Shown: one piece after another, positions 8,167 through 17,476 of the stretch | Numbering within the stretch: the first letter of the stretch is position 1 | Layout of the letters: every line of letters starts with the position of its first letter | Assembly (NCBI GenBank): GCA_038833255.1 | Contig: JAWBIX010000003.1 | Span: 1 to 25,134 of the forward strand | DNA: 25,134 bases | Origin: Nanopusillaceae archaeon | GTDB lineage: Archaea > Nanobdellota > Nanobdellia > Nanobdellales > Nanobdellaceae | Direction: 5' to 3' | Position numbers and translations under genes: made by a program | Notes under the pieces: model-generated | Told to the model about the DNA's origin: nothing | The model's database searches: none | What the model saw: only the letters and a program-made list of their open reading frames with translations

Positions 8167-8201
8167 ATTAACTTTATAATCTTTTATCTTATTAAGATTT
8201 T
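8167..8201. promoter_or_regulatory. 35-bp bidirectional promoter spacer with two interleaved TATA-like heptamers
   Basis: TTTATAA (8173-8179, centre 8176) lies 26 nt upstream of the GH57 ATG (8202). TTAATAA on the minus strand (8189-8195, centre 8192) lies 26 nt upstream of the 97-aa gene start (8166). Confidence 0.4.
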
Positions 8202-9395
8202 ATGACTGGATTAGTTTTTTATTTTCATGCTCATCAACCAAGAAGAATAAAATATTTTTCCTTTTTTGATATATTAAAAAGCGACAATTATTTTAATGAT
8301 GAAATAAATAAAAAAATATTGGATAGAGTTGTAAACAAATGTTATAAACCAGCTCTTCAGATGATATTAGATGCTGTACATGAATATAATTTAAAATTCT
8401 CTTTTTCAATTACAGGAACCTTAATTGAACAATTAGAATCTTGGCATCCAGAAGTTTTAGATTTGTGGAGAGAGCTTATAGACACAGGAAATGTTGAAAT
8501 TCTTGGAGAAACTTATTATCATTCAGTTTCTTATTTAATAGATAAAGAGGAATTTAAGGAACAAATAAAATTACATGTCAATAAAATAAGAGAAATATTT
8601 GGATATTCTCCAAAAGCATTTAGAAATTTTGAATTGGTATATAACAATGAAATTGGTGAAATAGCATATTCTTTAGGATTTCATACAGTATTAATAGAAG
8701 GTACTGAAAAGATTTTGAAATGGAGAAGCCCAAACTATGTTTATAAAGCAAAGGGTATTAATTTAAGATTATTACCAAGAAATTATAGATTGTCTGATGA
8801 TATAGCATTTAGATTTGGAAATCCTTATTGGGAACATTATCCTTTAACAGCTGAAAAATACTTTAATTGGTTATTACAAACTCCAGGAGATATTATAAAT
8901 ATTTTTATGGATTTTGAAACTATTGGAGAACATATATGGCCAGAATCTGGAATATTTGAATTTTTTAAAAAATTATTTAAATTAGTAGGAGAAAGCGATT
9001 ATTTTGAAACTTATACTGTTTCTGAAGCTGCTTATAAATTTCCACCAGTTGGAGAATTAGATATACCAGAAATTATATCTTGGGCTGATATAGAAAGAGA
9101 TTTGTCTGCATGGTTGGGAGATTCTATACAAAATGAAGCACTTAATTATTTAAAAGATCTTTTTGAAATTGCAAAAAGCCAAAATAATAAAGAAGTTTTA
9201 AAGATATTGAGATATCTGTCTACATCAGATAATTTATATTATATGAGTTTAAAATATGATGCAGATGGAGATGTACATAAATACTTCAGAGAAGAAGCTT
9301 TCGAAACTCCGTATGACGCTTACATATCTTTTATGAATATTTTAAGAGATATAGAATCTAGATTATTAGAAAAAAAAGAAGTAATTAAGATATAA
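8202..9395 (+). CDS. Glycoside hydrolase family 57 enzyme (alpha-amylase/alpha-glucan-active), short ~400-aa type
   Basis: GH57 conserved regions are recognisable. These are FHAHQPRR (region I), GNVEILGETYYH (II), FRNFELVYN (III, nucleophile Glu), FMDFETIGEH (IV, acid/base Asp) and LSTSDNLYYM (V). Confidence 0.85.
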   Translation: MTGLVFYFHAHQPRRIKYFSFFDILKSDNYFNDEINKKILDRVVNKCYKPALQMILDAVHEYNLKFSFSITGTLIEQLESWHPEVLDLWRELIDTGNVEILGETYYHSVSYLIDKEEFKEQIKLHVNKIREIFGYSPKAFRNFELVYNNEIGEIAYSLGFHTVLIEGTEKILKWRSPNYVYKAKGINLRLLPRNYRLSDDIAFRFGNPYWEHYPLTAEKYFNWLLQTPGDIINIFMDFETIGEHIWPESGIFEFFKKLFKLVGESDYFETYTVSEAAYKFPPVGELDIPEIISWADIERDLSAWLGDSIQNEALNYLKDLFEIAKSQNNKEVLKILRYLSTSDNLYYMSLKYDADGDVHKYFREEAFETPYDAYISFMNILRDIESRLLEKKEVIKI

Positions 9396-10602
9396 CTTTT
9401 CTTAATATTTCTTCTACTTTTTTAGAAGAATTATACCAAGAAAGTCCCTTAATATTTTTTAAACAATTCATTATTTCATATTCTCTAAGTTTTGGATACT
9501 CTAAAAAGGCTAATATATAATCCGCCATTTTATAGGTATCCCAAAAATCTACTATGGCTGCATCCTTTAAAATTTCTGAAACACCAGATTGTTTAGTAAT
9601 TATAATTGCATTTTCTCTCTGTAAAGCTTCAAAAGGAGTAAGACCAAACGGTTCTGAAACAGAAGATAAAACAAAAACATCTGCTACATCATATAGAAAT
9701 TCTGCTAATTCGTCATCCACCCATCCAGTAAAGATTATATTTCTTCCAATACCCATTTCCGCAGACATTTTTATTAGTTGCTCTAACATTTCTCCATGAC
9801 CAGCAAAAATAAACAATACGTCTTTTCTAAACTCTAAAACTCTTTTAGCTGCCCTTAATAGCCAATCTGGTCCTTTATGCATTGTCATTCTACCAAGATA
9901 TAATACAATTTTATACTTTTGTTTAATTTTATACCAATTTTTTTTCTTAATTTCAAAATTATCATCTGGAGCATTATAAACTACTTCTATTTTCTCTGGA
10001 TTACAGTTATAATATTTTATTAAAATGTCTTTTACTCTATTGCTAACGCAGATTATCCTATCTGCACATTTACACGCTTCTAATTCTATTCCAAAATCAT
10101 GATCTACTAAATATTTTAAATATTCTTCATTTCCGCCAACTCTGTCATATGCTGTTTGATGAACATGCCAAACCAATGGTTTTTTATATTTATTTTTTAT
10201 TTCTAAAGCTGCTGGAATAGTTAACCAATCATAAGAATATATAACATCGAACTCTAACTCTAAATTTTCTAAAAGTTTTAATAATTTATCTCTATATTCA
10301 AAAACTGCTTTTTTATAATCTATTATTGTTTTCATTCTAGAAAATATACTTTTTGTTTGTTTTATAATTGTAAATATATTCGAATATGCTGTTATTTTAT
10401 TTATATCTATATTTAAACCAATAATTTTTGAATTTTTTAATTTATTTTGCCAAAATCTTTTTACATCTTCTGTTAAATTTGGAATAATAAGATATAAAGT
10501 ATGATCAAATTGGTCAAGATATTTTAAATAATAATATGTTGCTTTTTCAAGACCACCCGTTTTTTGTGGTAAAACACCCCAACTTAAAAATAATATTTTC
10601 AT
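9385..10602 (-). CDS. GT-B group-1 glycosyltransferase (GT4/GT5), candidate second alpha-glucan synthase
   Basis: N-terminus MKILFLSWGVLPQKTGGLEKA resembles archaeal GT5 glycogen synthase (MKVLLLGFEFLPVKVGGLAEA). The C-terminal E-x7-E motif is SVSEPFGLTPFEALQ. It overlaps the GH57 3' end convergently by 11 nt. Confidence 0.82.
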   Translation of the reverse strand: MKILFLSWGVLPQKTGGLEKATYYYLKYLDQFDHTLYLIIPNLTEDVKRFWQNKLKNSKIIGLNIDINKITAYSNIFTIIKQTKSIFSRMKTIIDYKKAVFEYRDKLLKLLENLELEFDVIYSYDWLTIPAALEIKNKYKKPLVWHVHQTAYDRVGGNEEYLKYLVDHDFGIELEACKCADRIICVSNRVKDILIKYYNCNPEKIEVVYNAPDDNFEIKKKNWYKIKQKYKIVLYLGRMTMHKGPDWLLRAAKRVLEFRKDVLFIFAGHGEMLEQLIKMSAEMGIGRNIIFTGWVDDELAEFLYDVADVFVLSSVSEPFGLTPFEALQRENAIIITKQSGVSEILKDAAIVDFWDTYKMADYILAFLEYPKLREYEIMNCLKNIKGLSWYNSSKKVEEILRKVIS

Positions 10603-10653
10603 TTAATATTTTTACATATAATCTTTTTTAACAATTTTTCGAAATTAGAATAT
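10603..10653. promoter_or_regulatory. 51-bp divergent spacer with one central A/T element equidistant from both start codons
   Basis: TTTTTTAA (10624-10631, centre about 10628) lies about 26 nt from the minus-strand start (10602) and about 26 nt from the plus-strand ATG (10654). Confidence 0.35.
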
Positions 10654-12309
10654 ATGAAACTTGAACTAAGAAATCGCGAGTTTGCATTTTTGTCAAATGA
10701 AGGTAGTTTCTTTGTTTTGCCACTAAAAAGGTACAGTAGATTTTTTGGTTTGTTCTTTCCATATAAAAACAGATATATAAAAGTTTTAGATCATATAAAA
10801 AATTTGGATATTAAAGAAGAACCTAAAAAGATAGTATTGGAAAGTTCCAATAAAGTAAAAGTACTCTATGACAATTATTATGAAAATTACATATTATTTA
10901 AACAAGGGTTAATTTATGAAACTAAAAAAACTTCAAAAATCCAAATATTTTTTGATATAAAAGATATTTACGACGTAGAAGAGTGGGACAGAATATATAA
11001 CTATAAAGTATCTGCAAATATTTTAAAATTGGAATTTATGAAAAGGGATCTTTTTGTAAAAATATATTTATATGGATTTTCAAATATTATTGAAAATAAA
11101 AATAAATGGATAGAGATATATTACAACTTTGACGAAGAAAGAAAATCTCCTCCGTTTAGTAGATACCTATATTGTCCTTTTACTATTTTAGGAAAGAAGA
11201 TCATTGTTTCTTTATCAAAAAGAATATTAAATATAGAAAATATAAAAAAGAAAAATAAAATAAAAGATTTAATAGAAGATAGGATAAAATCTTTTATTCA
11301 TAGCTGGATATCTGCGGGTTATCCATGGTATTATCAAGAATGGTCTAGAGATATTTTGATATCTTTAAAAGGACTTTATTATATATTAGGTAAAGATTTT
11401 ATAAGAAAAAAATTAATCGAATATTCTAAATATTTTTTACCTAACGGAAAAATGAAAAATTTAATTAACAATGGTTTAAATGGAAATTCCGATAGCTATG
11501 GTTTGTATGCAAAAAGAGTATTTGATTTCGAACATATATTTTTAAAAGAAGAATTTTTGAGATTAGTAAATATAATAGAAGATAATTTACCAAAATTTAC
11601 AGAAACGCATTATGATCCAAGAACAAAATTATTTATGGCATTTCCAAATGAAAGTTGGATGGATACTTTAAACAGAAAATATCCAATAGAACTTCAATTT
11701 TTAATTTTAAATATTTATGAAAATCTTTATAGAATCAAAAGAGATGATAGATATAGAGAACTATATTTAGATTTAAAAGAAGCTGTAGAGAAAAAATATT
11801 TAAGAGATAATAGTTTAATTGATACTTTTGAAGATTCTAGAATAAGACCAAACGTATTTTTATGTTATTATATTAAAAAAGATGTTTTTCCAGATGAAAA
11901 ATGGGAGAAAATTTTCGATTATACACTAAATCATTTATGGCTAGATTGGGGTGGTTTATCTTCTTTATCAAAATTTGATTCAGAATTTATAGATAAACAT
12001 AATGGAGATTCTATGTTTGTTGACAAAGAAAAATCTATGCATAGAGGAGATTCATGGATATATTTAAATCATATTGCTGCAATTTGTATGTATAATTTAA
12101 ATAAAGAAAAATATGCTTATTACATAAACAAAATTTTGTTTTCTTCTATAGAATATTTAAAGGATATTGGAACACTTCCCGAACTTTCATCTGCAAAAGA
12201 AAGAGACGTATCTGGAGCCATTTCTCAATTATGGTCTTTATCAACTTTTGTTGAATTATTAAAGGAACTAAAAATAGATTGGAATAAAATTGAAGAATTA
12301 TTAAAATAA
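10654..12309 (+). CDS. Glycogen debranching enzyme-like protein (amylo-alpha-1,6-glucosidase, GDE_C / GH133-like)
   Basis: AGYPWYYQEWSRDILISLKGL matches the GDE_C hallmark AGYPWF.dWGRDtmISLpGL. Further blocks are ESWMDT, HRGDSWIYLN and PELSSAKERDVSGAISQLWS. The N-terminal ~200 aa is not recognisable. Confidence 0.78.
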   Translation: MKLELRNREFAFLSNEGSFFVLPLKRYSRFFGLFFPYKNRYIKVLDHIKNLDIKEEPKKIVLESSNKVKVLYDNYYENYILFKQGLIYETKKTSKIQIFFDIKDIYDVEEWDRIYNYKVSANILKLEFMKRDLFVKIYLYGFSNIIENKNKWIEIYYNFDEERKSPPFSRYLYCPFTILGKKIIVSLSKRILNIENIKKKNKIKDLIEDRIKSFIHSWISAGYPWYYQEWSRDILISLKGLYYILGKDFIRKKLIEYSKYFLPNGKMKNLINNGLNGNSDSYGLYAKRVFDFEHIFLKEEFLRLVNIIEDNLPKFTETHYDPRTKLFMAFPNESWMDTLNRKYPIELQFLILNIYENLYRIKRDDRYRELYLDLKEAVEKKYLRDNSLIDTFEDSRIRPNVFLCYYIKKDVFPDEKWEKIFDYTLNHLWLDWGGLSSLSKFDSEFIDKHNGDSMFVDKEKSMHRGDSWIYLNHIAAICMYNLNKEKYAYYINKILFSSIEYLKDIGTLPELSSAKERDVSGAISQLWSLSTFVELLKELKIDWNKIEELLK

Positions 12310-12326
12310 ATTAATCTAAATAATAT

Positions 12327-14680
<2,354 letters not shown>

Positions 14681-14688
14681 TATTAAAA

Positions 14689-15102
14689 TTAAGAATTTCC
14701 AAAAATTAAAATATGAATCTTTCTTTCCCTAGGTCCATCAAATTCTGCCAAAAATAGATCTTGCCATGTTCCCTTTATTATAAAATAGTTTTTAATTGGA
14801 AATATGTAAAATTGTTTGAATATAGAGGATAAAATATGTGAATCTGCATTATTATCTATTTTATTATGATAATATTCCCCGTTTTCTGGACATAACCTTT
14901 CAAAAAAATTAAGATAGTCCCTTCTTATATTATCTTCATCTTCATTTGCAAACAAACCACATGTAGCATGCGGTAAAAATATTAAAACTACTCCCTCTCT
15001 TATTTTTGATTTATTAACTGCCTCTTCTACCAAATTTGTTATATTCACAAGTTCTCTTCTTTTATTAGTTTTTAAAGTATATTCAAAAAACTTTATTTCC
15101 AT
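14689..15102 (-). CDS. YjbQ/UPF0047-family protein (secondary thiamine-phosphate synthase-like)
   Basis: VLIFLPHATCGLFANEDED..IRRDYLNFFERLCPE...YHN...NADSHILSS...GTWQDLFLAEFDGPRERKI matches the UPF0047 pattern. Confidence 0.85.
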   Translation of the reverse strand: MEIKFFEYTLKTNKRRELVNITNLVEEAVNKSKIREGVVLIFLPHATCGLFANEDEDNIRRDYLNFFERLCPENGEYYHNKIDNNADSHILSSIFKQFYIFPIKNYFIIKGTWQDLFLAEFDGPRERKIHILIFGNS

Positions 15103-15121
15103 AAAAATAATTTATCTTTTT

Positions 15122-15757
15122 ATGAGAATATTTATTTTTTATTCAAATACTGTAAGAACTGACGGAAATTTTAGAGACATTTACCATTCTGGAAGATTAG
15201 ATATACTACTTCATTCCATAATTCATGCTTTTTTCATATCAAATGGTTTAAGAAAATATGTAGAATTTAATATTATATTAAATGGACCTCCAGATCCTCC
15301 AAGAAGAATTAAAATTGAATCTAATATAGAAACTCCATGGTCAAAAAAAGATATCGCTACTTTACTAAGTTCTTCCCTCAAAAAATTTAACAAGAAAAAA
15401 ATGCCTATTTATGCTTTTCCAGGGGTATTTGTAGAAAAAAAAGGATTTAAAGAAGTTGTAGAAGAATATATACAACAAGGAAGAAACATTTATGTTTTAG
15501 AAAAAAATGGTATAGAAATCAAAGATATAAAAATTGAGAATCCAGTTTTCGTAGTTGGAGATTTTTTAGGAATTCCAAAAGATGAAAAAAAGTGGTTAAA
15601 AGAGATATCAACATTTATCTCTCTAGGAGATATTCCATACTTTACATCTCAAGTAATTTGTGTATTAAACTGGTATTTAGATAATTTATGTTATTATAAA
15701 GATTTTTGGGATACTGGCTTTAAATTTCAGGAACTAAAGAAAAAAATAAATGTATAG
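15122..15757 (+). CDS. trmY: tRNA (pseudouridine54-N1)-methyltransferase TrmY (SPOUT, DUF358)
   Basis: MRIFIFYSN...SGRLDILLHSIIHAFFISNGLRKYVEFNIILNGPPDPPRRIKI matches the TrmY N-terminal signature (GRMDlvcRc...S.giRkdv.v.lvL.GppdpPk.i). Confidence 0.8.
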   Translation: MRIFIFYSNTVRTDGNFRDIYHSGRLDILLHSIIHAFFISNGLRKYVEFNIILNGPPDPPRRIKIESNIETPWSKKDIATLLSSSLKKFNKKKMPIYAFPGVFVEKKGFKEVVEEYIQQGRNIYVLEKNGIEIKDIKIENPVFVVGDFLGIPKDEKKWLKEISTFISLGDIPYFTSQVICVLNWYLDNLCYYKDFWDTGFKFQELKKKINV

Positions 15758-16241
15758 AATTGTAGGAATAGATTTAGCAGCAAAAGAAAAAAACAAAACT
15801 GGTTTGTGTTATAAAGATACAATATTAAAATTTAAAATAGTTTATACTAATGAAGAGATTCTTGAAATTATAAAATCTATAAAACCAGATATTGTTGTAA
15901 TAGATGCTCCTTTAAGTAAAGAAAAGATTCCTTTTAGAGATAGTGATTTAGAATTATTAAGGAGAGGATTTAGGCCAATGCCACTAAGTATAAAAAGTAT
16001 TTTTGAGCTTGCAAATAGAGGAATTTTGATTAAAAATGAAATAGAAAAAACTATGAAATCTAAAGTATTAGAAACTTTTCCAAGAGCTGTAGAAAAGATT
16101 TTAGGATTTAAATATGAAAAATTTAAACATTATTTTAAATCAAAACATTTATATGATTCTTGGCTATGTTATCTAGCTGGGTTATACTATAGCATTGGAA
16201 AAAGCGAAAATATAAATGGAATAATAATCCCAAAATGGTAA
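15750..16241 (+). CDS. DUF429/COG2410-like predicted RNase H-fold nuclease
   Basis: YRIVGIDLAAKEKNKTG...IKPDIVVIDAPLS...VLETFPRA...YDSWLCYLAG fits the DUF429 pattern (GIDLA..TG, IDAPL, E.yP, DA..cAl.A). It overlaps trmY by 8 nt. Confidence 0.65.
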   Translation: MYRIVGIDLAAKEKNKTGLCYKDTILKFKIVYTNEEILEIIKSIKPDIVVIDAPLSKEKIPFRDSDLELLRRGFRPMPLSIKSIFELANRGILIKNEIEKTMKSKVLETFPRAVEKILGFKYEKFKHYFKSKHLYDSWLCYLAGLYYSIGKSENINGIIIPKW

Positions 16242-17341
16242 TACATAGATTGTTGCTTTCTGAAAAAATAAGTAAAAACCCAGAAATAAGAGAAAGTCTC
16301 TTCTGGTATTTCTTAGTTTTAGAAAAAAAAGCTCCATCAAAAATTAACATCTGTATAAGAATTCCTGTGGAAGAAAATTTAACTGAACTTTCTTATAATG
16401 AATTATGGAAATTGCATGAAGAAAAATCTAAAGAATTCAATGAAATTAAAGAAGAAATAATTAATGGAAAAAGTATTTCAGAAAAAATAATTTTAGAAAA
16501 CTCTTTTCTCGATCTAAAGATAGAAATTGTTAAGAGAATTATAAAGTCGTGCACTTTATGCGAAAGAAAGTGCAAAATAAATAGAGAAACCGAAATAGGA
16601 TTTTGCAGAGTTAAAGAAACGCGCATATCTGAATATTTTTTACATTATGGAGAAGAATTACCGCTAATACCATCAGGAACTATATTTTTTACTGGTTGTA
16701 ATTTTAAATGTGTTTATTGCCAAAACTGGACAATATCGCAATATCCTAACAACGGAATTTCCGTAAATTATATCGATTTAGCGAATATTCAAGAGAACTT
16801 GTATAAAATGGGAGCAAAAAACATTAATTGGGTTGGCGGAGATCCTACCCCGAATATTTATGAAATTTTAAAATCTATGAAAGAATTTGCAAAAAGAGAT
16901 TTATATATTCCACAGTTATGGAACAGTAATATGTATCTTTCAGAGGAATCTATGAAAATTTTACTAGATTTAATAGATATTTGGTTACCCGATTTTAAAT
17001 ATGGAAATGACGAATGTGCAATGAAATATTCTTTTGTAAAAGATTATTTTAAAATTGTTTCAAGAAACCATTTAATGATAAAAAATGAAAGTGTTATAGT
17101 AAGACACTTAGTTTTACCAAACCATATTAATTGTTGTTCCAAAAAAATTTTGGAATGGATTGCAAAAAATACTCCAAATTTTTTAGTAAATATTATGGAT
17201 CAATACCATCCAGATTATTTAGTTTTATCTACAAATAATTATCCAGAATTATCTAGAAGATTATTTGAAAATGAATTATATGAATTATACAAATTTGCAG
17301 ATTCTTTAGGTATTAAATGGAAAGAAATTTCTTTATATTAA
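16235..17341 (+). CDS. Radical SAM protein, PflX-like (COG1313, PFL-activase homologue of unknown function)
   Basis: CxxxCxxC radical SAM motif in FFTGCNFKCVYCQNW, with an upstream Cys cluster CTLCERKCKINRETEIGFCRV typical of PflX-like proteins. The start is uncertain; it overlaps the previous gene by 7 nt and no internal ATG occurs for about 190 codons. Confidence 0.8.
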   Translation: MVIHRLLLSEKISKNPEIRESLFWYFLVLEKKAPSKINICIRIPVEENLTELSYNELWKLHEEKSKEFNEIKEEIINGKSISEKIILENSFLDLKIEIVKRIIKSCTLCERKCKINRETEIGFCRVKETRISEYFLHYGEELPLIPSGTIFFTGCNFKCVYCQNWTISQYPNNGISVNYIDLANIQENLYKMGAKNINWVGGDPTPNIYEILKSMKEFAKRDLYIPQLWNSNMYLSEESMKILLDLIDIWLPDFKYGNDECAMKYSFVKDYFKIVSRNHLMIKNESVIVRHLVLPNHINCCSKKILEWIAKNTPNFLVNIMDQYHPDYLVLSTNNYPELSRRLFENELYELYKFADSLGIKWKEISLY

Positions 17342-17365
17342 TTTTTTAATATTTATTTTAAAAAT

Positions 17366-17440
17366 GGGCCCGTAGCTCAGCCAGGATAGAGCGTCGGGTT
17401 GCGGACCCGAAGGACGAGGGTTCAAATCCCTCCGGGCCCG
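17366..17440 (+). tRNA. tRNA-Arg (anticodon GCG), no encoded CCA
   Basis: Hand-folded cloverleaf. Acceptor GGGCCCG/CGGGCCC, D arm GCTC-AGCCAGGATA-GAGC, anticodon arm TCGGG-TTGCGGA-CCCGA (GCG at 17401-17403), T arm GAGGG-TTCAAAT-CCCTC, discriminator G. Confidence 0.93.
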
Positions 17441-17476
17441 TAAAATATTCAAAAATATTTTTTAAATATCTATATA

